A stretch of DNA of 64,000 nt from the NCBI GenBank assembly GCA_052279835.1, contig CP181291.1, positions 3,552,001-3,616,000 of the forward strand. Direction: 5' to 3'. Position numbers and translations under genes: made by a program. Each line of letters opens with the position of its first letter. Within the stretch, counting starts at the first letter, position 1. The DNA is from Microcoleus sp. (GTDB lineage: Bacteria > Cyanobacteriota > Cyanobacteriia > Cyanobacteriales > Microcoleaceae). This document shows, in pieces, positions 1 to 10,670 of the stretch. Under the pieces are notes generated by a model that was not told the origin of the DNA, ran no database searches, and was given only the letters and a program-made list of their open reading frames with translations.

Positions 1-880
1 GACTGGTGCGGCTGTCTTTGGTGACAGCGATCGCACCTTTATCCGTTTCTACTCCCGCATTCTCCAAACCCAATTTTTCCAAATTGGGCGATCGTCCGGT
101 AGCGCATAAAAGCGCGTCTACTGTCAAGGTTTCTTTCGATTCTCCCGACAAAGTTAATTTTAGGCCTTCTGGGGTTTTTTCAATTTGGGCGATCGAGCTT
201 CCTGTCACAAAATTGATCCCATGCTTAACCATGCCTTCTTGCACGTTGGCGCGAAGTTCTTCATCGAAGTAGTGCAGAATGCGATCGCGCCGGATGATTT
301 GAGTTACTTGACTTCCCAAACCGTTCATAATGCAAGCAAATTCAACGCCGATGTAACCTCCTCCCCAAATTGCCAACCGTTTCGGCTGCTCTTTTATCAA
401 GAAGATTTCGCGGGAAGTAATCGCGTGTTCGATGCCAGGAATGTCCACTCTGTGAGCTTCTCCACCGACTGCAATTAAGATTTTAGCAGCCGTGTATTTT
501 TTGTCACCAACTTCGACGGTGTGAGGGTCAATAAATTTGGCGTATCCTGAGATTAATTCAACTCCGGCTTTTTCCAGAAAGCTAATGTGCAGTTTGCTGA
601 GTCGTCGCACTTCTGTGTCTACGCTGGTGACGAGTTTTTCCCAATCGAAACTGCTTTCTACTGGACTCCAACCGTAGCCGATCGCATCTTCGTAAAGGTG
701 CGAAAATGTTGAGGCATAAACCATCAGTTTTTTCGGCACGCAGCCACGAATTACGCAGGTGCCCCCTACTAAGTCATTTTCGGCGATCGCCACTTTTGCC
801 CCGTAGGATGCCGCCCGCTTGGAACTCGCCAATCCACCGGAACCCGCACCTATCACAAACAAGTCGTAATCGTATGTCAT
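1..880 (-). CDS. gor: Glutathione-disulfide reductase (5' part; runs off window start)
   Basis: Manual translation from CAT at 878-880: MTYDYDLFVIGAGSGGLASSKRAASYGAKVAIAENDLVGGTCVIRGCVPKK, with FAD-binding GxGxxG and the redox CxxxxC motif. Absent from the ORF track because it is open at the edge. Confidence 0.93.
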   Translation of the reverse strand, partial: MTYDYDLFVIGAGSGGLASSKRAASYGAKVAIAENDLVGGTCVIRGCVPKKLMVYASTFSHLYEDAIGYGWSPVESSFDWEKLVTSVDTEVRRLSKLHISFLEKAGVELISGYAKFIDPHTVEVGDKKYTAAKILIAVGGEAHRVDIPGIEHAITSREIFLIKEQPKRLAIWGGGYIGVEFACIMNGLGSQVTQIIRRDRILHYFDEELRANVQEGMVKHGINFVTGSSIAQIEKTPEGLKLTLSGESKETLTVDALLCATGRSPNLEKLGLENAGVETDKGAIAVTKDSRTS

Positions 881-923
881 AATTGTCGCTAGTTTATTAT
901 CTCAATTTTACCAATTTTCCGCT

Positions 924-1305
924 AGTCCGGCAGGGACTTAAGTCCCTGCCTCAAAGGTAAAGTCCTCTAAAGAGGACTGATAAGTTTTTTAGTTTTATGC
1001 GAAAGTTGTCGGTTGAGAACTAATAAGTTCTTTAGATTTTTCCAGAAAAGCAAGTCTTGGGTACGCAGGATGCCTACCCCAGATAAATTATTAGAGATAT
1101 TTTTTAGTCCTCTTTAGAGGACTGATAAGTTTTTTAGTTTTATGCAAAAGTTGTCGGTTGAGAACTAATAAGTTCTTTAGATTTTTCCAGAAAAGCAAGT
1201 CTTGGGTACGCAGGATGCCTACCCCAGATAAATTATTAGAGATATTTTTTAGTCCTCTTTAGAGGACTTTCGCTTTGAGGCAGGGGTTTGAACCCCTGCC
1301 GGACT
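924..1305. repeat. Palindromic MITE/REP-like element with internal 145-bp tandem duplication
   Basis: Inverted termini agtccggcaggg...ccctgccggact; the palindrome AGTCCTC-N4-GAGGACT occurs at 961, 1106 and 1251; related copy at 32047-32170. Confidence 0.85.
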
Positions 1306-1448
1306 GTGGGTGTAACGAGAAGTTGAATGCGAGTTTAACGCAATTTTTGACACCAATCCCGCTGGAATTACCCTACAGTTTTTTGAGCTTCACAAATCAT
1401 TGAGAATTGCTATATTATAGAGATTAATTTATTTGTCTGGCTAGCTTT

Positions 1449-4238
1449 ATGATTGATTGGCTTGTGGTCTGGGGAGTAACGCAAGGAGTCGGCATTCTCG
1501 TCAAACCCATCTTAGAAGATTTGGCAGTAGACGGCGCGAAGGATTTAGTAAAAGATTTTTTTAAAGATTCCCTAAAAAACGTCTTATTTGGCGAAAAAGA
1601 TCCGCGACAAGTCGCAGGGGGGAAAGCCCTCAAAAAGTTTTTGGAGTTAGTCCAACAGCAGTTAAAAATCAGCGGACTTTCCCCAGAACAGATTAAGCTG
1701 TATATTAAAGATGTTAAAAAGTTTATCGGCAACAAGTCAGTTAAGGAAATTTTGGGTAAGGCCTTTGAGAGCGATCGCGAATCCCTAGATGCAGAACTTC
1801 TCGAACAAACCTGGACTCAACTAGATTTAGCTGCTTTACCAGCCAAATTTAAGTGGCAAACCATCGCCAATCAGTATCTCGCCGAAGTTCAAGAAATTCT
1901 GTTTGACTCAAAAGACTTGCGGGATATCTTGAATGCTCAAAATCTGGACAGCATTCAGAAAAACACTCAAGAAGTTGCTGGGATTATCCCCGATTTTGAT
2001 TTGAGGCAATATCAAGAGGCTTTGTGCGAACGTTACAGCAATCTGGATTTAAGCAGCGTCGATAGCAATACCTACGATTATCGCGAAAAGCTGAAAGTTT
2101 GGCAAATCTTTATTTTCCAAGATGTGCGCTTAATTTACGAGTCTTTTGTGCCGCAAGCTTACGAAATTCCCAAGGAACATCAACGGCGGTTGGAAGATAG
2201 CGATCGATTAGAGGCGATCGCACTTGAGAATTTAGAGAAATATCGACGCGGTTATTTTTCACAGCCGATCGTATCCGTGTTAGATGTCATCAATGACAAG
2301 TCAAATTATCCCTACATTGTGATTTTAGGCGATCCGGGTGCGGGCAAATCTACTCTGTTACAATATTTAGCATTAACCTGGGCGCGATCGCCTTTAAATA
2401 GCGTCACATCTCTGCCGATTCCGCTGCTCATAGAATTGCGGATTTACATTCGCAACGTGGAATCAGGACATTGTAAGAATTTCCTGGAATTTTGCCATAA
2501 AAATTCTGGTTTTATTTGTGACTTGAATCAGCATCAATTGCACGAACAACTTAAAGCCGGCGACGCTGTGGTGATGTTCGACGGATTAGATGAAATTTTC
2601 GATTCGGGGAAACGAGAAGATGTAATTACCGCGATTCATCGGTTTACCAACGAGTATCCGCGCGTGCGGGCGATAGTCACATCTCGGATTATTGGTTACA
2701 AACCTCAACGGTTGCAAGATGCAGAGTTCCATCACTTTATCCTCCAAGACTTGAATCCCGCACAAATTCAGGATTTTGTGCAGCGCTGGCATGAGTTGAC
2801 TTTTACTGATGCTAGGGAAAAAGTGCGAATTAGTCAGCGCATGAAAAAAGCCCTAGAGTATTCATCAACAATTCAAGATTTAGCCAGAAATCCCTTATTG
2901 TTAACGATTATGGCGATTTTGAATCGCAGTCAAGAATTGCCGAGAAACAGGGCAGAACTTTACAATCAAGCTTCGCGGATATTGCTTTATCAATGGGATG
3001 TGGAAAGGTCTTTAATAGAGGATAGCCGGCTCGATCCAAAAACGATTGATGCTAGAGACAAGCAAGAAATGCTGCGGCGAGTCGCTTGGGAAATGCAAGC
3101 AGCACCTGAAGGGTTGGCTGGTAATATTATTAGTGCAGAAGACTTGGAAGATATTCTGACAGCATATCTGAAGAATAAAGATTTTTACCAACCGAGAAAC
3201 CGGGCGAAGTTAATCATCAATCAACTGCGAACCCGCAATTTTATTTTATGTGATTTGGGTGCGGATAATTACGGATTTATACACCGGACTTTTTTGGAAT
3301 ATTTCTGTGCGTCGCAAGTGGTGAATCGGGTTCAGGCTTTAGAACTCTCTCTGGATGAGTTAAAAGCAGAAGTTTTCGGCCCGCACTGGGATGATGAATC
3401 TTGGCAGGAAGTTTTGTGTTTGATTGCGGGATTGATTGCTGGCAAGCTGACAGGGGAATTGATTCAATTTTTGATTGAGCAAGATGGGGAAGCCCAAAAG
3501 TTTACGAACCTGTTTTTGGCGGCGAAGTGTTTGGATGAGGTGAGGGATAGAAAGGAGATTGCTGCCGTTGACAGTCAATTGCTTGAACGCTTAAAAGAGT
3601 TAACGAAGTGCGATCTCAATTACTATTATTTGCCTGATGGAGAAGAGGAAGATTTAGTAGAGGAAATTCGCACTAATGCAGTAAGTGCGATCGCTTTTAC
3701 TTGGAAAGATGACCCGGAAACCTTACCTTGGCTCAAACAACGCGCTCAATCTGACGATAATTCGGCTGTGCGAAGTGCAGCAGTACAAGAATTAGCACGG
3801 GGGTGGAAAGATGACCCCGAAACCTTACCTTGGCTCAAACAACTGGCTCAATCTGACGATGATTCCGATGTGCGACGTGCAGCAGTACAAGAATTAGCAC
3901 GGGGGTGGAAAGATGACGCAGAAACCTTACCTATCCTCAAACAAATCGTTCAATCTGACGATAATTGGGCTGTGCGACGTGCAGCAGTCCAAGAATTAGC
4001 ACGGGGGTGGAAAGAAGACCCGGAAACCTTACCTATTTTCAAACAACTGGCTCAATCTGACGATAATTGGGCTGTGCGAGGTGCAGCAGTCCAAGAATTA
4101 GCACGGGGGTGGAAAGAAGACCCGGAAACCTTACCTATCCTCAAACAATGCGCTCAATCTGACGATAATTCGCTTGTGCGACAAGCCGCAGTCCAAGAAA
4201 TAGCACGGGCGTGGAAAGATGAGCCTGGGATATTTTAA
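1449..4238 (+). CDS. NACHT NTPase with C-terminal HEAT-like (PBS lyase) repeats; premature stop near C-terminus
   Basis: Walker A GDPGAGKS, Walker B FDGLDE, NPLLL motif and tandem AVRxAAVQELARGWKDDPETLP repeats. The reading frame continues after TAA 4236-4238. Confidence 0.9.
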   Translation: MIDWLVVWGVTQGVGILVKPILEDLAVDGAKDLVKDFFKDSLKNVLFGEKDPRQVAGGKALKKFLELVQQQLKISGLSPEQIKLYIKDVKKFIGNKSVKEILGKAFESDRESLDAELLEQTWTQLDLAALPAKFKWQTIANQYLAEVQEILFDSKDLRDILNAQNLDSIQKNTQEVAGIIPDFDLRQYQEALCERYSNLDLSSVDSNTYDYREKLKVWQIFIFQDVRLIYESFVPQAYEIPKEHQRRLEDSDRLEAIALENLEKYRRGYFSQPIVSVLDVINDKSNYPYIVILGDPGAGKSTLLQYLALTWARSPLNSVTSLPIPLLIELRIYIRNVESGHCKNFLEFCHKNSGFICDLNQHQLHEQLKAGDAVVMFDGLDEIFDSGKREDVITAIHRFTNEYPRVRAIVTSRIIGYKPQRLQDAEFHHFILQDLNPAQIQDFVQRWHELTFTDAREKVRISQRMKKALEYSSTIQDLARNPLLLTIMAILNRSQELPRNRAELYNQASRILLYQWDVERSLIEDSRLDPKTIDARDKQEMLRRVAWEMQAAPEGLAGNIISAEDLEDILTAYLKNKDFYQPRNRAKLIINQLRTRNFILCDLGADNYGFIHRTFLEYFCASQVVNRVQALELSLDELKAEVFGPHWDDESWQEVLCLIAGLIAGKLTGELIQFLIEQDGEAQKFTNLFLAAKCLDEVRDRKEIAAVDSQLLERLKELTKCDLNYYYLPDGEEEDLVEEIRTNAVSAIAFTWKDDPETLPWLKQRAQSDDNSAVRSAAVQELARGWKDDPETLPWLKQLAQSDDDSDVRRAAVQELARGWKDDAETLPILKQIVQSDDNWAVRRAAVQELARGWKEDPETLPIFKQLAQSDDNWAVRGAAVQELARGWKEDPETLPILKQCAQSDDNSLVRQAAVQEIARAWKDEPGIF

Positions 4239-4448
4239 TTATTGTGCGATATTGCTATCAATGACTCATTTGAGCGCGAGTATGATTTCCAAGATAATCC
4301 CCGGCAAACCGCTCTTGCAGCTATGATTGAGCTATATTCCGATCGCCCAAAAACATTAGACATACTGCGCGATCGATTTGTCAACGATCCCGACGAAAAA
4401 GTCCGCAACTTTGCACAAAAAAAATTGACCAAACTAGACAAGCTGTGA
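4239..4448 (+). pseudogene. In-frame C-terminal tail of the NACHT-HEAT gene beyond the stop codon
   Basis: Same frame as 1449; encodes NPRQTALAAMIELY...NDPDEKVRNFAQKKL, a HEAT-like terminal repeat. Confidence 0.75.
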
Positions 4449-4477
4449 TCTAAACAAAAAACTGATTAAAAAGCAGA

Positions 4478-4790
4478 TTTCTCGTCACCCAACACAAGAC
4501 TCATAGAAACCCGGTTTCTCGCCCACGTTGCAGATTCCAGAAACCGGGTTTCTTCGGAGATTTCTCGTCACCCAACACAAGACTCGTAGAAACCCGGTTT
4601 CTCGCCCACGTTGCAGATTCCAGAAACCGGGTTTCTTTGTAAATTTCTCGTCACCCAACACAAGACTCGTAGAAACCCGGTTTCTCGCCCACGTTGCAGA
4701 TTCCAGAAACCGGGTTTCTTTGTAAATTTCTCCTCACCCAATACAAGACTCATAGAAACCCGGTTTCTCGCCCCCGCGCGTAAGTCTTGA
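4478..4790. repeat. 83-bp tandem array (~3.5 units) of AGAAACCCGGTTTCT-type palindromic repeat
   Basis: Units start at 4478, 4561, 4644 and 4727; the array ends in gcgtaagtctt. Confidence 0.92.
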
Positions 4791-4860
4791 AATAGTCCAA
4801 ACTTTTGATAGCTCAGAAAATAGTATAATTAAGATCGGATAGTTCTCGGAGACAACCACA

Positions 4861-5541
4861 ATGCAAGTCACGACCGAACAAATTATTTATCCATCCAGTG
4901 ACGGTCAACCAATAGCAGATAGTACAACTCAATTTGATTTAATTGTCAAAATTCAAGAAGGCTGCGAATCGCTGTTCAAACATGATCCAAACGTATTTGT
5001 AGCAGCCGATTTACTCTGGTATCCAGTTGAAGGTAGAGCAGATATTTCTCAAGCACCGGATACAATGGTAATCTTTGGTAGACCAAAGGGCGATCGGCCT
5101 TCCTATATGCAATTTCGCGAAGAGAATATTGCTCCCCAAGTCGTATTTGAGATTCGCTCTCATAACGATCGCCAAATCAAGATGTACAAAAAACTTGCAT
5201 TTTACAATCGCTATGGAGTTGAGGAATATTACCTTTACGATCCCGAAAACAAAGATTTGAGTGGTTGGCAAAGAATTGAAGGAAACTTAGAAATAATTGA
5301 GCCGATGGAGGGCTGGATTAGTCCTAGATTGGGAGTAAGATTTGAGTTGGGCGAAGATGGGCTAGAAATTTATCGGCCAGATGGACAAAGGTTTCTTTCT
5401 TATGCGGAATTGGAGGAACAGGGTGAATTAAACCGCCAGCGTGCAGAACAAGAAGCTCAAAGAGCTGAACAGGAAGCTCAAAGAGCTGAACGTTTGGCCG
5501 CCAAATTGCGGGAGTTGAATATCGATCCCGATCGCATTTAA
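4861..5541 (+). CDS. Uma2 family (DUF820) putative endonuclease
   Basis: YPxSDGQP start, APD..V...FEI.S motif, YGVEEYYLYDP and a coiled-coil tail. Confidence 0.92.
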   Translation: MQVTTEQIIYPSSDGQPIADSTTQFDLIVKIQEGCESLFKHDPNVFVAADLLWYPVEGRADISQAPDTMVIFGRPKGDRPSYMQFREENIAPQVVFEIRSHNDRQIKMYKKLAFYNRYGVEEYYLYDPENKDLSGWQRIEGNLEIIEPMEGWISPRLGVRFELGEDGLEIYRPDGQRFLSYAELEEQGELNRQRAEQEAQRAEQEAQRAERLAAKLRELNIDPDRI

Positions 5542-5559
5542 GCCACAAATTGTTTAATT

Positions 5560-5668
5560 TAGGACTTACTCACCCACACCAAAAAAACCGGGTTTTTATC
5601 GTTTCCGCGCGCTCTAACGAATTATTACGTCAAAAAACCCGGTTTTTGACTACCCCTGCGTAAGTCCC
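5560..5668. repeat. AGGACTTAC...GCGTAAGTCC small repeat with AAACCGGGTTT palindromes
   Basis: Inverted termini and two internal palindromes; same family as 29829, 30034, 42329 and 62356. Confidence 0.8.
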
Positions 5669-5735
5669 GCAACCGTCTAAACATCGCCCTTCCACCCCCG
5701 AAAACCGCTCAGAAGTGTTAAGTTAGTAGTTAGTT

Positions 5736-6524
5736 GTGTCGATCGCACAGAAAAAAAAGATGCCTGAACTACAAACCGAGACCAAGCAAGAGTTCAACGA
5801 GGAAGTCCTCTCAAAACCAGTTATTGTCGGTCTCGAAGATATCACCAAAGTTTATGGGGTTGGCGACTTAGAAGTTCGCGCCTTAAACGGTGTCAGCTTG
5901 ACGGTGAGACAGGGAGAATATTGTGCGATTATGGGCGCATCGGGTTCTGGTAAATCTACAGCTATGAATATTATCGGTTGTCTCGATCGACCTACGAGCG
6001 GCAGTTATTACCTAGACGGCGTAGATGTGGCCCAAATGCCCGAATCAGACTTAGCCGGAATTCGGAATTTAAAATTAGGTTTTGTCTTCCAGCAATTTCA
6101 CCTGTTGTCTCAGTTAACAGCATTAGAAAATGTGATGTTACCGATGGTTTATGCGGGTGTTGCTTCAGCCGAAAGACGGGATCGGGCTGTAGACGCTTTA
6201 ACGAAGGTAGGCTTGCAAAGTCGGCTGCAAAATAAACCAAATCAACTTTCAGGAGGACAGCAGCAACGAGTGGCGATCGCGCGCGCCATAGTCAATCGTC
6301 CTGTATTATTACTTGCAGATGAACCGACTGGTGCATTGGATACGAAAACTACTCAAGAAGTAATGGATATTTTTACAGAATTTAATGAAAGTGGCATGAC
6401 AGTGGTGATGGTAACGCACGAACCGGAAGTGGCGCGCCAAACTCGGCGAGTTGTCTGGTTCCGCGATGGTCAAGTTATTCACAATAATCTAAACCCTGAA
6501 GAACTTTCACACGCGGTATTTTAA
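5736..6524 (+). CDS. ABC transporter ATP-binding protein (LolD/MacB-type); start may be 5760
   Basis: [33 protein letters not shown]. Confidence 0.93.
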   Translation: MSIAQKKKMPELQTETKQEFNEEVLSKPVIVGLEDITKVYGVGDLEVRALNGVSLTVRQGEYCAIMGASGSGKSTAMNIIGCLDRPTSGSYYLDGVDVAQMPESDLAGIRNLKLGFVFQQFHLLSQLTALENVMLPMVYAGVASAERRDRAVDALTKVGLQSRLQNKPNQLSGGQQQRVAIARAIVNRPVLLLADEPTGALDTKTTQEVMDIFTEFNESGMTVVMVTHEPEVARQTRRVVWFRDGQVIHNNLNPEELSHAVF

Positions 6525-6752
6525 AATTTTGTGATTAGTTACAGCGGTTCCCGCTGCAAGAGCGACACACTTAATGAATCCTCAACATTTAATAAATTGG
6601 TTTGTTATATGGTTGACCGTTGCATGGTCATGATTTAACCTTACTAGAGCACAGAGAACACAGAGAGATCACAGAGAAATGAATAATTCCGATGAAGAGA
6701 GGAATTGATATTAATTGCTCCTCGAAGCATCCCGATTTGGGAAACACGCCTA

Positions 6753-6822
6753 GAGGGGCGAAGCATTCGCGTTGAAAATTTGTGATATATCTATAGGATA
6801 TGAGCGCGAATGCTTCTCCCCT
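6753..6822. repeat. Palindromic dispersed repeat
   Basis: aggggcgaagcattcgcg ... cgcgaatgcttctcccct inverted pair. Confidence 0.7.
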
Positions 6823-6948
6823 ACAAAAATGTGATGGACTCCGCTTTTGTACTTCATAACAGCAGGAACCGCCGGGCCGTAGTTGCGTGCGTTCGGTTAG
6901 TTATTATTAGTTATCTGTTACAAATAACAAATAACAAATAACCAATAA

Positions 6949-7329
6949 CTAATGAAAAGCTGTGGGAAAAGCTGTCCACACTCGATCGACAAAATCCCGA
7001 AGTTGCCTAGATGCAATCACCCCATCCTTTTTTTCAGAATCCAGAGAGTGCAACTGAGTCAATAGCGAAATGACTTCCGTATCCAAAGCAGCTCGAAACA
7101 AATTCAAAGGCCAAAGCAAATCCGCACCATCCCGCAAATCTAACAAACTGTATTCTGGGGAAAGGCGATCGCCAAAATCATCCGGTGACAAAAATACAAC
7201 TAACATTAAAGGGCGAACCCAACAAACTTGACGCGCCTCAACCACCTGAATTACCTCAGAATGCAGACACGCATCTCCACACTCTAAACTGACAATTTGA
7301 CCTGGCTTAAAGTTCAAACCAAAACCCAT
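6949..7329 (-). CDS. Conserved cyanobacterial hypothetical protein
   Basis: CWVRPL and DLR..ADLLWP..LFRAALDTEVI motifs; codirectional with neighbours. Confidence 0.75.
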   Translation of the reverse strand: MGFGLNFKPGQIVSLECGDACLHSEVIQVVEARQVCWVRPLMLVVFLSPDDFGDRLSPEYSLLDLRDGADLLWPLNLFRAALDTEVISLLTQLHSLDSEKKDGVIASRQLRDFVDRVWTAFPTAFH

Positions 7330-7379
7330 TCATTCTCACCTACCGAACATGATGAAAAATAACCACTAACAAATAACCA

Positions 7380-8064
7380 CTAACAACTTTCATCAAGATT
7401 TTTGAGAGCCTTTTCCAAATCAGCCGTCAACAATCGCGCCTCTTTTTTGGTGCTAGCCGATTGAGCATAATCAATTACCGAAAGTGGAGAACCGATGGCA
7501 ATTTTCACCTCAGAACCCCATCGAGGAACGCGGGGGCGGTAGCGAATACTCATCGGTACAATTTTTACTCCCAAACCTGGTACACTCGACTCCGCTTGCA
7601 GTGCCAAACGAGCCAATCCAGGCTTAATCGGGTGAACTTCACCATCCTGAAAAATCCCGCCTTCGGGAAAAATGACCAACATTTCCTTGGCAATGAGCAA
7701 TTCTACGCCATAACGCAGACTGCTAATGGCGGGATGCCGGATATCCACAGCAAAACCTCCCAAATGCCTGATGAACCACCCTTGCACTCCTTTGACTTCA
7801 TCGGCTGTCACCATAAAGCGCAAATCTCGTCCAGTCACTTTTTGTCCTGTGGAATAGGGCATCATCAGGGCATCCCACCGGGAACGGTGCGTCGGTGCTA
7901 AAATTACAGGCCCGTCCTTGGGCAAGTGTTCCTGTCCCTGCGATGTGTATCTTGCCAAAATAAGACGGCAGGACAACATAGTGACCTAACGGATACAGCA
8001 AGGAAGTTAACCAAGGAGAAACGCGAGATGTATTAGATGCTACCTTGGCAGGCATTGGTTTCAC
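7380..8064 (-). pseudogene. plsC: 1-acyl-sn-glycerol-3-phosphate acyltransferase (PlsC family), split by a +1 frameshift at ~7937
   Basis: N-terminus in ORF 7798-8064 (VSPWLTSLLYPLG...FGKIHIAG); catalytic part in ORF 7380-7979 (PTHRSRWD, FPEGG). Removing one G from GCAGGGACAG restores ...IAGQEHLP. Confidence 0.8.
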
Positions 8065-8279
8065 TCTTTGATGAGGTACTGGAATTAAGGGCGATGGTGG
8101 CTTTATGGCTTATACCAATTAAGCTGTTTTAGAGAGTTCTCAGGTCTAAACATAAGTTGTTTAGTACATTTTGCGTCTTTTGAGCGGGACACTTTGGCTA
8201 TTGGCATTTGGCTCATTGGGCGATCGAACACTTAAGGATCTATTATTTCAGTTAATTACACAAGTAAAATTTTTACAGT

Positions 8280-8792
8280 TTAAATTTTCCTGCGGGATTC
8301 AAACCAAGACAGCAACTGCTGACGACAAACAGACTCCATAATCCCGCCGAGCACCTCTAAGCGATGGCAAGAATAGGCGCTATCGGGAATATTCCCCGCA
8401 GTCCGAATCGTACCAGTTTTTGGGTCATCGGCTCCATAGACCAACAAACCCAGCCGAGCCTGTACAATAGCACCAGCGCACATGGGGCAAGGCTCCAGCG
8501 TGACATAAAGAGTGCATTGATGGAGATGCCAATCTTGCAAAACTTGCCCAGCCGCCCGCAGAGCCAAAATTTCAGCATGAGCTGTGGGATCGCAGTCTCG
8601 CTCTCGCCGATTTTGCGCTTGTGCAATCAACTTACCACTACCATCAACAATCACAGCACCTACGGGGACTTCACCGGCATCGCCTGCGGCAAGGGCGAGT
8701 TCCACAGCTCTACTCATCCACCGCCTGTGAATGGAATAATTACGATCGCCAATCAATAAAGGTTCTGTTTGGGAATTCACAGTATGGCACAA
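8280..8792 (-). CDS. tadA: tRNA adenosine(34) deaminase
   Basis: GEVPVGAV, DPTAHAE, LYVTLEPCPMCAGA. Confidence 0.92.
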   Translation of the reverse strand: MCHTVNSQTEPLLIGDRNYSIHRRWMSRAVELALAAGDAGEVPVGAVIVDGSGKLIAQAQNRRERDCDPTAHAEILALRAAGQVLQDWHLHQCTLYVTLEPCPMCAGAIVQARLGLLVYGADDPKTGTIRTAGNIPDSAYSCHRLEVLGGIMESVCRQQLLSWFESRRKI

Positions 8793-9008
8793 CAGGATTT
8801 GAATGTGAGAGTAATATTATACCTAGATAAATCCAAACACTTAAAGACTGAAAATACTTCAGACAACCCCACTTATGGAATATTGGGTCAGGCACAAGTA
8901 TCCTAGGGAATTAACTAAGCTTGGTGGGGAAATTTAGGGGATAGTTACGTAACTAGAAACACTTAAAATAAACAAAGCAAAGTTACACCAAAACTCGATC
9001 GGGAATAA

Positions 9009-9614
9009 TTGAAAATTATGGAAACCACTGTCATTAGCGCTGAAGTCATTGATTTGTTGTCCCGCATCAGCCGACAAAAGCTCCGTGAAGCAGATGTCAC
9101 TGGGCTGATCGTGTTCCTGGCCGCTCTAATTTCGATTCTGCGGGGAGTGATGATTATTGACAAGACCATCGCCCTGGAAGAAGAAGAAAGGTTGCAAAAA
9201 ACTCTAAAAGTATTTGCTAGCAGCGATCGCGATCGAGTAGAACTGATTCAGCGGATTGTCACTGGCATCTCAAAACAGCAAGTATATTTTAATCCCACAG
9301 AACTGCTAACCCTGACAGCATTGTTTTCAGATTCCGAAAAGCTTTTACTCATCTGCTTCGGCTACGAAATGTCAGCAGCAGACGGACGCATCGACCTCCG
9401 GGAGCAAATGTACCTAACGGCCACGGGACAGCGACTGGGCATCGACCCCAGACATATTGCCACCATAGATGCTTTATTTACCAAAGAAGGAACTGTAGAC
9501 CCCGAAGCTTTTGCGGAAGTCAAAGAACTACTGTCTCCGATCGAATTCCAGTCACGGGAGCCCGTGTTTGCCGCTTCAGCAAAGCACTTGCTTTCTCTTT
9601 TAGAGCACCAATAA
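9009..9614 (+). CDS. TerB-like (tellurite resistance family) domain protein
   Basis: Two TerB-like D..I..EE motifs, e.g. MSAADGRIDLREQMYL. Confidence 0.7.
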   Translation: MKIMETTVISAEVIDLLSRISRQKLREADVTGLIVFLAALISILRGVMIIDKTIALEEEERLQKTLKVFASSDRDRVELIQRIVTGISKQQVYFNPTELLTLTALFSDSEKLLLICFGYEMSAADGRIDLREQMYLTATGQRLGIDPRHIATIDALFTKEGTVDPEAFAEVKELLSPIEFQSREPVFAASAKHLLSLLEHQ

Positions 9615-9714
9615 TTACCGGCATAGGGACTAAAATGTCAGCGTTGGCAGTTACCGGAGAAAGCAAATGGAATATAATTAAAGGTTTGAGTAATTAAAAG
9701 CGTCCTACGTAACT

Positions 9715-10548
9715 ATGGAAATTGAATGGCAAAGCGTCAAAACCTACTCCGATATTATCTATCAAAAAACTAAAGGGATCGCCAAAATTACCATCAATCG
9801 ACCCCACAAGCGCAATGCTTTTCGTCCCAAAACCGTCTCTGAACTCTGCGATGCCTTTATAGACGCGCGGGAAGACACCACAATCGGGGTGGTTCTGTTG
9901 ACTGGTGCAGGGCCACACACAGACGGAAAATACGCATTTTGTGCGGGTGGAGATCAAAGCGTGCGGGGTAAAGCCGGGTATGTAGATGACGGTGGCATTC
10001 CCCGCTTAAACGTGCTGGAATTGCAAAAATTGATTAGATCGATGCCGAAGGTGGTAATTGCCCTAGTAGCAGGTTACGCGATCGGCGGTGGTCACGTTCT
10101 GCACTTAATTTGCGATTTAACCATCGCTGCGGAGAATGCAATTTTCGGACAAACTGGCCCAAAAGTCGGCAGTTTCGACGGAGGCTTCGGGGCTAGCTAT
10201 CTCGCCAGAATTGTGGGACAAAAAAAAGCGCGAGAAATTTGGTTTTTATGTCGCCAGTACAACGCACAGCAGGCCTTAGAAATGGGTTTAGTCAACTGTG
10301 TTGTCCCCGTAGAACAACTCGAAGCAGAAGGGATTCAGTGGGCTTCGGAAATTTTAGACAAAAGTCCGATCGCCATTCGCTGTCTGAAATCAGCATTTAA
10401 TGCCGACTGTGACGGTCAAGCAGGGCTGCAAGAACTAGCAGGAAATGCGACTTTACTATATTATATGAGCGAAGAAGGAGCCGAAGGCAAACAAGCGTTT
10501 TTAGAAAAGCGAGAACCGGATTTTAGTCAGTATCCTTGGCTACCGTAA
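9715..10548 (+). CDS. menB: 1,4-dihydroxy-2-naphthoyl-CoA synthase
   Basis: [30 protein letters not shown]. Confidence 0.97.
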   Translation: MEIEWQSVKTYSDIIYQKTKGIAKITINRPHKRNAFRPKTVSELCDAFIDAREDTTIGVVLLTGAGPHTDGKYAFCAGGDQSVRGKAGYVDDGGIPRLNVLELQKLIRSMPKVVIALVAGYAIGGGHVLHLICDLTIAAENAIFGQTGPKVGSFDGGFGASYLARIVGQKKAREIWFLCRQYNAQQALEMGLVNCVVPVEQLEAEGIQWASEILDKSPIAIRCLKSAFNADCDGQAGLQELAGNATLLYYMSEEGAEGKQAFLEKREPDFSQYPWLP

Positions 10549-10670
10549 TTCCAGGGAAAACAAGTTTTTTATGGGCTGATGTCACAGATATTTCTGATTG
10601 ACGATCCGTAGCTGGAATTAAAGGAGTTCGATGCCGTTGTTACCAGTTTAGTTGTGCTGCTGCGGGCCAA

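Noticed and set aside
6..478. Plus-strand ORFs 6-272 and 185-478
   Set aside because: Antisense shadows of gor.
961..1268. CRISPR-like palindrome/spacer pattern
   Set aside because: Repeats are only 18 bp and the two 127-bp spacers are duplicates.
4528..4753. ORFs within the 83-bp array
   Set aside because: Translations of repeat DNA.
4478..4790. CRISPR array
   Set aside because: The apparent spacers are near-identical, no cas genes are present, and the unit belongs to a dispersed repeat family.
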